Part shown: one piece after another, positions 45,963-55,158 of the stretch | Numbering within the stretch: position 1 is the stretch's first letter | Layout of the letters: the number at the start of each line of letters is the position of its first letter | NCBI GenBank assembly: GCA_944363035.1 | Contig: CALVTS010000006.1 | Coordinates: forward strand, 14,382 to 78,381 | DNA from: an uncultured Clostridia bacterium | GTDB lineage: Bacteria > Bacillota > Clostridia > Christensenellales > CAG-917 | Length of the DNA stretch: 64,000 bases | Direction of reading: 5' to 3' | The notes under the pieces: generated by a model | What the model was told of the DNA's origin: nothing | What the model saw: the letters and a program-made list of their open reading frames with translations, nothing else | The model's database searches: none | Position numbers and translations under genes: made by a program

Positions 45963-47921
45963 CTATTTCAGTTTCTTTATCTGCTTTTTTAATTCGTTCA
46001 TCTCGTCGCGGAGCAGGATCGCACGCTCGAAATCCAATGCCGCAGATGCGGTCTTCATCAGTCCTTTGAGGCGTTCTACTTCACGAACAAGGTCTTTAGG
46101 CGACAATTTTGCGTTGTCAACTTTCTTTTTGGTGATTTCGAGGGTGTTCTTGAACTCGCTCTTTATCGTGCGCGGCACTATGCCGTGCTCCAAGTTGTAC
46201 TCAGCCTGTATCCCTCGTCTGCGGTTAGTCTCGTCGATGGCTCGGCGCATACTGTCAGTCACCTCGTCGGCATACATGACCACCCGTCCTTCGGCGTTTC
46301 TCGCGGCTCTGCCCACCGTCTGGATGAGCGCGCTCTCGCTCCTCAGGAACCCTTCCTTGTCCGCGTCGAGGATGGCGACGAGCTCCACTTCCGGAAGGTC
46401 CAGCCCCTCGCGCAGGAGGTTGATGCCCACCAGCACGTCGAACTCCCCTTTCCTGAGGTCTCCGACGATGTCGATGCGTTCAAGCGTGTCGATGTCGGAG
46501 TGCATATATCTCACCTTTATCCCCACCTCTTTGAGGTAGTCCGTGAGGCTCTCCGCCATCTTTTTGGTGAGGGTGGTGACGAGCACTCGTCCTCCCTTTT
46601 CGGTGACGCGGTTTATTTCGCCGATGAGGTCGTCCACCTGTCCCTTGACGGGCTTGACCGCGATCTCGGGATCCAGAAGCCCCGTGGGGCGGATGAGCTG
46701 TTCCGCCACTTCATCCGCTCTTTCCAGCTCGTAGCTCCCGGGGGTCGCCGAGACGCACACCATCTGCCTTATCCTGCTGTCGAACTCCTCGAAGTTGAGG
46801 GGACGGTTGTCGTAGGCGGCGGGGAGACGGAAGCCGTAGTCCACCAGATTCTTTTTGCGGGCGCGGTCGCCGTTGTACATCCCTCTGAGCTGCGGCAGAG
46901 TCATGTGGCTCTCGTCCACGAAGCAGATGAAATCCTTGGGGAAGAAGTCCAGAAGGGTGTAGGGAGGCTGCCCCGGTTTTCTGCCGTCGAAGTAGCGCGA
47001 ATAGTTCTCTATCCCCGAGCAGTAGCCCATCTCCCTCATCATTTCCACGTCGTAGTTGACGCGCTCGTCTATGCGCTGGGCTTCGATGAGTTTGCCGCTC
47101 GCGCGGAAGAACTCCACCCTTTCCTGTTTGTCGGCGAGTATGCGCGCGAATATCGCCTCCCTGTCCCCGCTCATGACGTAGTGGGTGGCGGGGAAGATGA
47201 CGGTGTGTTTCAGGTCGTTGACAACGGAAGCGGTGAGCGCGTCTATCTCGCTTATCCTCTCCACGGTATCCCCGAAAAACTCCACTCTTATCGCGATCTC
47301 GGAGCTTCCCGCAGGGAAGACGTCCACCGTATCCCCTCGCACGCGGAAGGTGGAACGCACGAAATCGAAGTCCGCCCTCTTATACTGTATGTCCACCAGA
47401 CGGCGCAAAAATTCGTCCTGATCCAGGGTGTCCCCCTCTCTCACCGAGACCGCCTGCGCGTAATAGTCCACGGGCGCGCCCAGGCCGTATATGCAGGAGA
47501 CGCTCGCCACGACTATGACGTCCCGCCTCTCGCAGAGGGATGCCGTGGCAGAGTGGCGGAGCTTGTCTATCTCATCGTTGATCTCCAGCTCCTTCTCGAT
47601 ATATGTGTCCGAGCGCGGGATGTACGCCTCCGGCTGATAATAGTCGTAATAGCTGACGAAAAATTCCACCCTGTTGTGGGGGAAGAACTCCCTGAACTCG
47701 TTGCAAAGCTGAGCGGCGAGGGTCTTGTTGTGGGCGATGACGAGGGCGGGACGCTGGAGCCTTTGTATGACGTTCGCCATAGTGAAAGTCTTGCCGCTTC
47801 CCGTCACACCGAGGAGCACCTCGGTGGAAAAGCCGCTCTCGAGCCCCGCCGCAAGTTTTTCTATCGCGGCAGGCTGATCCCCGCAGGGAGAATATTTGCT
47901 GACCAGCTCGAAAGGTCTCAT
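45963..47921 (-). CDS. uvrB: excinuclease ABC subunit B
   Basis: [12 protein letters not shown] Walker A and a C-terminal UVR domain. Start at ATG 47921 overlaps the upstream stop (ATGA). Confidence 0.95.
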   Translation of the reverse strand: MRPFELVSKYSPCGDQPAAIEKLAAGLESGFSTEVLLGVTGSGKTFTMANVIQRLQRPALVIAHNKTLAAQLCNEFREFFPHNRVEFFVSYYDYYQPEAYIPRSDTYIEKELEINDEIDKLRHSATASLCERRDVIVVASVSCIYGLGAPVDYYAQAVSVREGDTLDQDEFLRRLVDIQYKRADFDFVRSTFRVRGDTVDVFPAGSSEIAIRVEFFGDTVERISEIDALTASVVNDLKHTVIFPATHYVMSGDREAIFARILADKQERVEFFRASGKLIEAQRIDERVNYDVEMMREMGYCSGIENYSRYFDGRKPGQPPYTLLDFFPKDFICFVDESHMTLPQLRGMYNGDRARKKNLVDYGFRLPAAYDNRPLNFEEFDSRIRQMVCVSATPGSYELERADEVAEQLIRPTGLLDPEIAVKPVKGQVDDLIGEINRVTEKGGRVLVTTLTKKMAESLTDYLKEVGIKVRYMHSDIDTLERIDIVGDLRKGEFDVLVGINLLREGLDLPEVELVAILDADKEGFLRSESALIQTVGRAARNAEGRVVMYADEVTDSMRRAIDETNRRRGIQAEYNLEHGIVPRTIKSEFKNTLEITKKKVDNAKLSPKDLVREVERLKGLMKTASAALDFERAILLRDEMNELKKQIKKLK

Positions 47922-48316
47922 AGCCCCGAAAGTTGCTGAATGAGCAGTTTCACGCCCCATGCCGCCGCGCCCGAGCATATCCCTCCCGCGACGGCAAGCA
48001 GAATCTTGAATTTGAGATTGCTCCTGAACGCCTTTTCGACGCGCGCATACGCGAGCCCTTTGCGGTGCATATTGATGCAGTAGACGAGCTCCCCCTTTTT
48101 GTCCGAGCGAGTCACGTCGAAATAATCGTCCAATTCCAGACTGTCCAAAGTGACGTCCAACTCCTCCTCGTCGAAGTCGAGATCGAGGGAAAGTTTGTCG
48201 AAAAGCTGTATGGGCGACATGAGACAGACCCCCGACTTTTTGTCGGCTGCAAGATACACCGCGCGCATCACCGCGCGCTCCTTTACGGTGAGGACGTGTT
48301 GTCTCTCAGGCGCCAT
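47918..48316 (-). CDS. hypothetical protein, small soluble N-domain + C-terminal TM anchor
   Basis: Translationally coupled to uvrB. Same architecture as the next gene upstream. No family recognised. Confidence 0.55.
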   Translation of the reverse strand: MAPERQHVLTVKERAVMRAVYLAADKKSGVCLMSPIQLFDKLSLDLDFDEEELDVTLDSLELDDYFDVTRSDKKGELVYCINMHRKGLAYARVEKAFRSNLKFKILLAVAGGICSGAAAWGVKLLIQQLSGL

Positions 48317-48369
48317 ATCTTCTCCCGTTATTTTGCGCAAAACTCATGTTTATACGCCAAAATTTGTCA

Positions 48370-48807
48370 TTAAAGCGCGAATTTTTGCAACAGTATTGCG
48401 ATCGCCGCCACTATCGCGCCGCCCAGCATCCCGCCGAAGAACGCGGCAAGGAGCACCTTTTGCAGAAGCCGCGGAGGAGGCGTCTTTTCCTCTCTTTCGC
48501 TCTTTGAAGGGGCGGGCGCCGCCTCCTTTTCCGGGAGGGGATCCTCCTCTCTCGGTTCGGGGCGGAAGAGCTCCGCGGCGCGGCGGGTCACCAGCAGACA
48601 ATATTCGTCCGGCGTGAAATATTTCACCTCTATGCAACCAAGCCCGCGCAGGTCGCGTATCGCCGTCCCGAGGGTCTGTTTGTCGGGGCGGTCCCCTTCG
48701 GGGAGGCGCTCCAATATCTCGTCCGCCTCCACCACTTTGTACACGTCGCCCGTGCCCGTAAGTTCGATGAGAGCCTTGGCGACTTTCCCTGTGATATCTT
48801 CTTGCAT
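48370..48807 (-). CDS. hypothetical protein, small soluble N-domain + P/E linker + C-terminal TM anchor
   Basis: RBS AAGGAGAG upstream of ATG 48807. Architecture parallels 47918-48316. Confidence 0.55.
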   Translation of the reverse strand: MQEDITGKVAKALIELTGTGDVYKVVEADEILERLPEGDRPDKQTLGTAIRDLRGLGCIEVKYFTPDEYCLLVTRRAAELFRPEPREEDPLPEKEAAPAPSKSEREEKTPPPRLLQKVLLAAFFGGMLGGAIVAAIAILLQKFAL

Positions 48808-48893
48808 GACTCTCTCCTTGAACCACTTGATTTTAGCATACCGCCGCATGATAGGCAAATATTTTTTCAAAACGCTACACAAACGTGCCCGCG

Positions 48894-48905
48894 TATGATA
48901 TCATA
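48894..48905. promoter_or_regulatory. perfect 12-bp palindrome in divergent intergenic region
   Basis: TATGATATCATA, between the gene start at 48807 (-) and the gene start at 48961 (+). Confidence 0.3.
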
Positions 48906-48960
48906 TATCAAATGTCATTCATCGGACCTCGGGTCCGCGCAAAGGCTTAAAAAGGACGAT

Positions 48961-50610
48961 ATGGATCTTCTTCACAAATTTCTCAACCGCACGGATTTCA
49001 CCGACTACGACGATTTCGCGAAAAACGTGAAGTTCTCGGTGCCCGAAAATTTCAATTTCGGCTACGACGTGGTGGACGAATACGCTCGTCTCGCCCCCGA
49101 AAAGCGCGCCCTCGTGTGGTGCAACGCCGCCGGCGAGGAAAAGATCATGACTTTCGCCGATATGAAGAGGGAAAGCGACCGCGCGGTCAATTTCCTCATC
49201 GCGTCCGGCGTGAAAAAGGGCGATTACGTGATGAGTATGCTCAACCGCAGATGGGAGTACTGGGTGCTCAACATCGCGTGTTGCAAACTGGGCGCCGTCA
49301 TCATCCCCGCCACTCATCTGCTCACCGCTAAGGACATCGTATACCGTTGTGATTCCGCCTCCGTCAAGCTGCTTGTCGCCACCGCGGAAGAGGACGTCAT
49401 AGAGCACATCCGCCACGCCCTCCCCAAGTGCAAGACCCTGAAAGAATGCGTCTTCACCACCCCGGTGGAAGGGTTTCGCAGTTTTGACGAGTGCCTCGCC
49501 GACATGAGCGACGTTATCCCCGCCCTCCCCAGAGCGGCGTGGGACGATCCCATGCTCTGCTATTTCACCTCGGGCACTACCGGCATGCCCAAGATGGTGC
49601 AACACAATTTCGAATATCCCGCGGGCTTCGTCTTCAACGCGTGCTTCTGGCAGAAAGTGGTGGACGACGGTCTGCATTTCACCGCCGCAGAGACGGGCTG
49701 GGCAAAGTGCAGTTGGGGCAAGCTCTACGGACAATGGATAGCGGGGAGCGCGGTCTTTGCCTACGACTACCACGGCAGGTTCACCCCGACCGACCTCCTT
49801 CCCCTCATCGCGAAGTACAGGATCACCACCTTCTGCGTGCCTCCCACCATCTACCGTTTTCTGGTCAAGGAGGATCTCACCAAATACGACTTTTCCTCCC
49901 TCACCCACTGCACGACGGCGGGCGAAGCGCTCAACGCCGAGGTGTACAGGCAGTTCTACGAGGCGACAGGGCACAAGATCTATGAGGGATTCGGTCAGAC
50001 GGAATCCTGCGTCATCCTGGGCACCTTCCACTTCATGGAGCCCATCAGCGGTTGCTCCGGAAAACCCTGCCCCCTCTACGACATCGACCTCGTGGACGAC
50101 GAGGAAAATCCCGTGCCCACGGGCGCGGAGGGAGAGATCGCCATCCGCCTGCGTCCTCACCAGTACGGGCTCGTCGCAAGCTACAAGAACGATCCCGAAC
50201 GCACCAAAGCCGCTCGCGGCGGGAAGTACTACCACACAGGCGACCTCGCCAAAAAGGACGAGAACGGGCTCTATTGGTTCGTGGGAAGAAAGGACGACAT
50301 AATCAAATCCAGCGGCTACCGCATCGGACCCTTTGAGGTGGAATCCGCCCTCATGGAACATCCCTCCGTCCTGGAATGCGCGATAACGGGCGCGCCCGAT
50401 CCCATACGCGGCACCGTCGTGAAAGCCACCATAGTGCTGGCAAAGGGCTACGAGCCCTCAGACGAGCTCAAAAAGGAGCTCCAAAACCACGTCAAACGCG
50501 CCACCGCACCCTACAAATATCCCCGCATCATCGAGTTCGTCAGCGAGATGCCCAAGACCATTTCGGGCAAGATCCGCCGCGTCGAAATAAGAGAAAAGGA
50601 CAACAAGTAA
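48961..50610 (+). CDS. AMP-binding acyl-CoA synthetase (medium-chain/acetyl-CoA synthetase-like)
   Basis: YFTSGTTGMPKMV AMP-binding motif, GYRIGPFEVE, C-terminal ISGKIRR. Start set at MDLLHKF (ATG 48961). Confidence 0.88.
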   Translation: MDLLHKFLNRTDFTDYDDFAKNVKFSVPENFNFGYDVVDEYARLAPEKRALVWCNAAGEEKIMTFADMKRESDRAVNFLIASGVKKGDYVMSMLNRRWEYWVLNIACCKLGAVIIPATHLLTAKDIVYRCDSASVKLLVATAEEDVIEHIRHALPKCKTLKECVFTTPVEGFRSFDECLADMSDVIPALPRAAWDDPMLCYFTSGTTGMPKMVQHNFEYPAGFVFNACFWQKVVDDGLHFTAAETGWAKCSWGKLYGQWIAGSAVFAYDYHGRFTPTDLLPLIAKYRITTFCVPPTIYRFLVKEDLTKYDFSSLTHCTTAGEALNAEVYRQFYEATGHKIYEGFGQTESCVILGTFHFMEPISGCSGKPCPLYDIDLVDDEENPVPTGAEGEIAIRLRPHQYGLVASYKNDPERTKAARGGKYYHTGDLAKKDENGLYWFVGRKDDIIKSSGYRIGPFEVESALMEHPSVLECAITGAPDPIRGTVVKATIVLAKGYEPSDELKKELQNHVKRATAPYKYPRIIEFVSEMPKTISGKIRRVEIREKDNK

Positions 50611-50664
50611 CTCCTCGTCCCCCTCCCGCTCGCCGTCGGAGATCACAAATACAGAAATCGTATA

Positions 50665-50700
50665 AAAAACGGAAACGCCATTTTACGTTTCCGTTTTTTT
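50665..50700 (+). terminator. Rho-independent terminator (acyl-CoA synthetase)
   Basis: ACGGAAACG-loop-CGTTTCCGT followed by T7. Confidence 0.8.
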
Positions 50701-50740
50701 GTTGTCAAAATGCGTTTTTGCCGATCGCCGTCCCTCACCG

Positions 50741-50846
50741 TACTGCGGACAGGATGCGGACGACAGCCCGATCATCCGTCGCTTTCGGCTGCAAAAGCAT
50801 CGAAAGAATGTCATGCGACGGCTCGTATCATTTCGTCCGTATATGT
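50741..50846. repeat. short, diverged internally deleted copy of the MITE-like element
   Basis: TACTGCGGACAGGATGCGGAC...TTTCGGCTGCAAAAGC...CGTATCATTTCGTCCGTATATG. Both diverged termini are present, about 105 bp in total. Confidence 0.4.
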
Positions 50847-50868
50847 CGGGTCTGCATATGGCGACTGT

Positions 50869-52230
50869 TCAGAACTTGCTCCCGCCGCGCGTATCGAACA
50901 CGAACTCGAACCAACCGTCCTCCTTGGTCCCGCCGGCATTAAAAATTTGATCCATCACGCCATACACGGTCACTCTGATGACGTAACTGCCGTTCGCGTC
51001 GGGCGCTATCACCACTTCCTCACCGTATGCCTCTACGGGCTCTCCGTCATTGCCCACAAGGCGGGCGGAGGAGGGATCGTAGGCAGGGTCGTTTTGGTTG
51101 TACATCTCATCCGCCCCGAATTCCTCGAAGTAATAGTCCTCGGGTCCGTACAAGGAGATGTGCAAGAGGCTTCTGCCCTCATCACCCTCGAAATAGTACT
51201 CCCCTCTGCACCAGTTGTCGTTCGCCGACATATCGGCGCCAGACCCGCCTATGTACATGATCCAATGTTTCTCTGAGACAAACGTCAGCGTGCCGGTGAT
51301 GATTCCTCTGCACGCGGAAGAATCTGCGGAATAGCTCACCAGCTCCACATCGGGATCGTCGGGATCTTCGCCCTCCTCCCTCACGGGCAAACCGTTTATC
51401 GTCTCCTCCGGGACTGCCCCGTCCTGATCGGAATAAACGCGGTAATACTCGCCGTATCCGTCCTCCGCTTTTTGGTAAATTACGCCATTGTAGTGAACAT
51501 AGTCCGCCCAGTCTGCGTCATACGCAAGAGCTTTCACCTCCTCGGGGATGACGACATCCGTCGCGTTGACTTTGCTGTACACAAACTCATAAGAATATGA
51601 AAAATAACCGTCTGTATCACTTTCCTTGTAAGTCCATCCGAAAGCCAGCCTGTCCCCTTCGAGGCGAGCATACGGATCAACGTAAGTCCCCTCGTCTCCA
51701 TCTAATATCTCGGTATTAAATACGATTTTCCCGCCTTTTTCCGTCAAATAATAAGACAATCCTTCAATGTAATAGTCAACAATGGGCGCGGAGTTTATCA
51801 GAAGGTTCTTCTCTTTCTTCGTCACCACCATCTCGTCGAGGGTCACATCATCAGTATCGTTTGAACGAGTTATATCATAAACTTCACCTTTTTCCGCAAA
51901 CTCAGCGTGATCCGCCCTATATATCTCGTTCCCCGCTCTTTCCGTGATGGTCTCATACACGGCATCTCTGCTCACCGTAGAGATATAATCGGATCCTTCG
52001 GAATACGTCTCTTCGCCGTATACCGCCGAATAGTTCATATTTCGCTCCAACGTAAAACTCTCCGCATTCTCGAGCGCGGCAATGACATCGTCTAAGGACG
52101 CACTCTCGGTGAAGATCTTTTTCCCGGCTCCGCCTCCGTCCTTACCGCCCTCGTTGCAAGCGGCAAGCCCTATCGCGGCGCACGCCACAAGAGCCAAAAC
52201 CAGCAACAACGCAACCGCCCTTTTTCTCAT
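50869..52230 (-). CDS. hypothetical lipoprotein
   Basis: MRKRAVALLLVLALVACAAIGLAAC lipobox signal. RBS AAGGAGGAG. D/E/Y-rich mature protein. Confidence 0.75.
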   Translation of the reverse strand: MRKRAVALLLVLALVACAAIGLAACNEGGKDGGGAGKKIFTESASLDDVIAALENAESFTLERNMNYSAVYGEETYSEGSDYISTVSRDAVYETITERAGNEIYRADHAEFAEKGEVYDITRSNDTDDVTLDEMVVTKKEKNLLINSAPIVDYYIEGLSYYLTEKGGKIVFNTEILDGDEGTYVDPYARLEGDRLAFGWTYKESDTDGYFSYSYEFVYSKVNATDVVIPEEVKALAYDADWADYVHYNGVIYQKAEDGYGEYYRVYSDQDGAVPEETINGLPVREEGEDPDDPDVELVSYSADSSACRGIITGTLTFVSEKHWIMYIGGSGADMSANDNWCRGEYYFEGDEGRSLLHISLYGPEDYYFEEFGADEMYNQNDPAYDPSSARLVGNDGEPVEAYGEEVVIAPDANGSYVIRVTVYGVMDQIFNAGGTKEDGWFEFVFDTRGGSKF

Positions 52231-52274
52231 ATTCTCCTCCTTTCTCGGCGCACCCTGCGCCGATTTTTTTATAT

Positions 52275-52304
52275 ATTGTAAACTACCCCCCCCCCAGACG
52301 TCAA
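52275..52304 (-). promoter_or_regulatory. candidate sigma-A promoter of lipoprotein gene with G10 tract in the spacer
   Basis: The minus strand reads TTGACG (52304-52299), then an 18-nt spacer TCTGGGGGGGGGGTAGTT, then TACAAT (52280-52275). The start codon is about 45 nt downstream. Confidence 0.5.
52286..52295. repeat. homopolymeric C10 tract (G10 on the minus strand)
   Basis: Ten consecutive C. The only G/C homopolymer of 8 or more that I noticed in the window. Confidence 0.9.
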
Positions 52305-52339
52305 TACCTTTCTATATATTTCCCCGATTTAACCTTAGT

Positions 52340-52367
52340 TTGCTTTCCTTCGGGCAAAAGGTATCAT
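52340..52367 (+). promoter_or_regulatory. candidate promoter for noncoding element copy 2
   Basis: TTGCTT (52340-52345), 16-nt spacer, TATCAT (52362-52367). Predicted +1 near 52374, where conservation with copy 1 begins. Confidence 0.4.
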
Positions 52368-52369
52368 CT

Positions 52370-52888
52370 TCTGACATGGAAGTATTGTACCCCCTCCTCA
52401 CTATACCCCACAAAATCACCTTTGGTGATGTTTGCGGGGACCCCGACTTCGGGACTCCTCCCCCACTACGTCGCAGCTCGTGCTCGCCTGCGCGGCGGCG
52501 TAAACTTCGCCGCTTATCTATCGCACGGCTACTCCTTTCCCCCTTCCGAATATCCATTCGGCGGGGACCCCTTGATTGGACTGTCCTCCTAAAATGCGGT
52601 ACTTACTTTTTCATAAAGGCGCAAACCGCGCCTTTATGAAAACACCTCTTGAAAAAAGTTTGAGTTTCGCACTTGCATGATCAAGCGGCGACCAGCACTT
52701 ACCGAACGTCGCTCGCGGGGCGAGGAGGGCGACTCGACGCGCACCGAGCCCGTGTCTACTTAATTATCCGTCTAGCTTGCGAGATCGCATTTTTACCCCA
52801 CCGAAAATACTTTCGGCGGGGACCCCGGACGCGCCGCGACTTGCAAGAGCGGGCTCAAACGCCCGCTGTGCAAGTTTGGCTGAGCGGC
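52370..52888 (+). ncRNA. candidate structured noncoding RNA / multicopy noncoding element, copy 2 (with insertions)
   Basis: Same conserved blocks as copy 1, interrupted by four insertions. A TTGCTT-16-TATCAT promoter ends 2 nt before the first conserved base, putting the predicted +1 a few nt inside the conserved block. Confidence 0.42.
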
Positions 52889-52916
52889 CCCCTCACATCG
52901 ACACCTCTCTCTCTGA

Positions 52917-52987
52917 TTTGGACACTTGGGGACGTGTTTATTTTGTCCATTTTTTGGACATTTTAAACACGTCCCCAAATGTCCAAA
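52917..52987. repeat. 71-bp palindrome, copy 1
   Basis: TTTGGACACTTGGGGACGTGTTTA-(TTTTGTCCATTTTTTGGACATT)-TAAACACGTCCCCAAATGTCCAAA. 24-bp arms with 1 mismatch. The inner loop is itself palindromic. Confidence 0.85.
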
Positions 52988-53153
52988 ATTACAATATAAA
53001 TCGCTATCTTTCGCTTCATGTCTTTTTCTTTCTTTACTCTTCCCTCACGCTTGCGATTATCTTCAAAACTCTACTGTTTACTGACATTTCCTCCCCTGCT
53101 CTTCTCCTCCCTGAACCAAACATTCGCCCTATTATAGACATTTCTCTCTCCAA

Positions 53154-53224
53154 TTTGGACACTTGGGGACGTGTTTATTTTGTCCATTTTTTGGACATTT
53201 TAAACACGTCCCCAAGTGTCCAAA
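53154..53224. repeat. 71-bp palindrome, copy 2 (direct repeat of 52917-52987)
   Basis: Same sequence, with perfect 24-bp arms. The roughly 20 nt upstream are also similar (GACAyyTCTCTCTC). Confidence 0.85.
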
Positions 53225-53258
53225 TCGGAAAGGTGATTTTAAAAGTATTGTGAAAATA

Positions 53259-53291
53259 GAAAAAAGAAAAAGCCGCTCGCAGGAGCGGCTT
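53259..53291 (-). terminator. Rho-independent terminator (glyQS)
   Basis: The minus strand reads AAGCCGCTC-CTGC-GAGCGGCTT followed by TTTCTTTTTTC. Confidence 0.8.
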
Positions 53292-53317
53292 CCTGTTGGT
53301 TCGTTGAAAAGCGAAGC

Positions 53318-54703
53318 TCAGTACACGAACTGTTCCGCAAAGTAATCTTTGAGGTTCTCGACGGGGATGCGCACCTGCGCCATGGTGTCGCGCTCGCGCA
53401 CCGTGACCGCACCGTCCTCCAAGGTGTCGAAGTCCACGGTCACGCAATAGGGGGTGCCTATCTCGTCCTGACGGCGGTAACGTTTTCCGATAGAGCCCGT
53501 GGCGTCGAAATCGCAAGCAAAGTGCTTGGTGAGCTCGGCATAGATCTCCTGCGCCTTTTCGGCGAGCTGTTTCTGGAGAGGGAGCACCGCGACCTTGACG
53601 GGAGCGACGGCATGATGGAAGCGGAGCACCACCCTGGTGTCTCCTTCGCCGACCTCTTCCTCGTCGTAGGCGTTGCAGAGGAGCGCCAGCACCATGCGTT
53701 CCACACCGAGGGAGGGCTCGATGACATAAGGCACATACTTTTCATTGGTCACGGGGTCGGTGTAGGAGAGGTCCTTACCGCTGGTGTTGATGTGCTGAGT
53801 GAGGTCGTAATCCGTGCGATCCGCGACCCCCCAAAGTTCTCCCCAACCGAACGGGAAGAGGAACTCGAAATCCGTCGTGGCTTTGGAATAGAAGCAGAGC
53901 TCTTCCGCGCTGTGATCGCGCAAACGGAGCTTTTTGTCATCGAAACCGAGCCCTAAAAGCCATTCATGGCAGAATTGACGCCAATAGGCGAACCATTCGA
54001 GGTCGGTGCCCGGCTTGCAGAAGAATTCCAATTCCATCTGTTCGAACTCGCGCACACGGAAGATGAAGTTGCCTGGAGTGATCTCGTTGCGGAAGGATTT
54101 GCCTATCTGTCCTATGCCGAAGGGCACGCGCTTTCTCGTGGTGCGCTGGACGTTCTTGAAATTGACGAATATCCCCTGCGCCGTCTCCGGGCGAAGGTAT
54201 ATGGTGTTCGCGCTGTCCTCGGTGACGCCCTGGAAGGTCTTGAACATGAGGTTGAATTTGCGGATGGAAGTGAAATCTGACTTGCCGCACACGGGACACA
54301 CTATCCCGTTCTGTTTGATGTAATCTTCCATCTCGGCGTCCGACCAGCCCGCGACTGAGCCGTCGATGCCCTTCTTTTTCATGTAGTCCTCGATGAGGTT
54401 GTCCGCGCGGTGGCGGGTCTTGCAGGACTTGCAGTCCATGAGGGGGTCCGAAAAACCGCCTATATGCCCCGAAGCCTGCCACACCGAGGGGTTCATCAGG
54501 ATGGCGCAGTCCACGCCCACGTTGTACGGGCTTTCGGTGACGAACTTCTTCCACCACGCCGCTTTGACGTTGTTTTTGAGCGCCACGCCGAGAGGACCGT
54601 AATCCCAGGTGTTGGCGAGCCCGCCGTATATCTCGCTGCCGGGGAATATGAACCCGCGGTTCTTGCAGAGCGCGACCAATTTGTCCATTGTGAGTTTTGC
54701 CAT
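53318..54703 (-). CDS. glyQS: glycine--tRNA ligase (homodimeric class II)
   Basis: N-terminal [26 protein letters not shown]. 461 aa. Confidence 0.95.
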   Translation of the reverse strand: MAKLTMDKLVALCKNRGFIFPGSEIYGGLANTWDYGPLGVALKNNVKAAWWKKFVTESPYNVGVDCAILMNPSVWQASGHIGGFSDPLMDCKSCKTRHRADNLIEDYMKKKGIDGSVAGWSDAEMEDYIKQNGIVCPVCGKSDFTSIRKFNLMFKTFQGVTEDSANTIYLRPETAQGIFVNFKNVQRTTRKRVPFGIGQIGKSFRNEITPGNFIFRVREFEQMELEFFCKPGTDLEWFAYWRQFCHEWLLGLGFDDKKLRLRDHSAEELCFYSKATTDFEFLFPFGWGELWGVADRTDYDLTQHINTSGKDLSYTDPVTNEKYVPYVIEPSLGVERMVLALLCNAYDEEEVGEGDTRVVLRFHHAVAPVKVAVLPLQKQLAEKAQEIYAELTKHFACDFDATGSIGKRYRRQDEIGTPYCVTVDFDTLEDGAVTVRERDTMAQVRIPVENLKDYFAEQFVY

Positions 54704-54790
54704 ATATCATACCCTCTTCAGAAATTGATTCGGAGTGAAAGCCGCTTCGGCGGCGCGCGTCCGCCCGCGAAAGGACGGTCGCTTCAATAA

Positions 54791-54819
54791 ATAATACATA
54801 TAAGGACAAAGGATGTCAA
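54791..54819 (-). promoter_or_regulatory. glyQS promoter
   Basis: The minus strand reads TTGACA (54819-54814), 17 nt, TATTAT (54796-54791). The leader is only about 85 nt. Confidence 0.55.
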
Positions 54820-54933
54820 TCGCGGCGGCGTATCTTGAAAATAATGGCTTTCCCGCGCGTTTCGGCGTTATCCGCACATCGCGGCGCACCGCCGATGCCG
54901 CAGTCCTCCCCTCTCCTCGTCGGGCGTACCCTC

Positions 54934-55158
54934 TCAGTAATCGCGCACGCCGAGCAGGAAATCCACCGAAAGATTGTAGACCTTTGCGATGAGGTAGAGA
55001 TTTTCGGCAGTAGGCTGTTTCTTCCCGCTCCTCCAATAGGACACGCAGGCGGCAGTCACGCCGATGTTGGCGGCAAACTGTCGTTGCGAGATCTTCTCCT
55101 CCCTCAAAAACTCCGACAAACGCTCCGAAAACTTATTGTTCATACCGATGATTTTCAT
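54934..55158 (-). CDS. XRE-family HTH transcriptional regulator (74 aa)
   Basis: HTH_3 pattern (ISQRQFAANIGVTAACVSYWRSGKKQP). C-terminus resembles the regulator at 42669. No clear RBS. Confidence 0.72.
   Translation of the reverse strand: MKIIGMNNKFSERLSEFLREEKISQRQFAANIGVTAACVSYWRSGKKQPTAENLYLIAKVYNLSVDFLLGVRDY

Noticed and set aside
43216-47939. Long + strand ORFs (43216..44298, 44317..46539, 46185..47939)
   Set aside because: They are antisense shadows of uvrA and uvrB, which are unambiguous on the minus strand.
38467-52888. Direct repeats of the noncoding element considered as ends of a composite transposon or island
   Set aside because: The enclosed 14 kb includes core genes (uvrA, uvrB) and no mobility genes. 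The repeats differ by large indels.
52917-53224. Twin palindromes considered as integron attC sites flanking a cassette
   Set aside because: The arms are perfect, lacking the extrahelical bases characteristic of attC. The R''/R' core sites (RYYYAAC / GTTRRRY) are not matched. The intervening 165 bp has no ORF, and no intI gene is nearby.
52777-53253. 158-aa + strand ORF spanning the palindromes
   Set aside because: Its repeated peptide simply reflects the duplicated palindrome. There is no RBS, it crosses perfect hairpins, and its composition is unlike the coding regions here.
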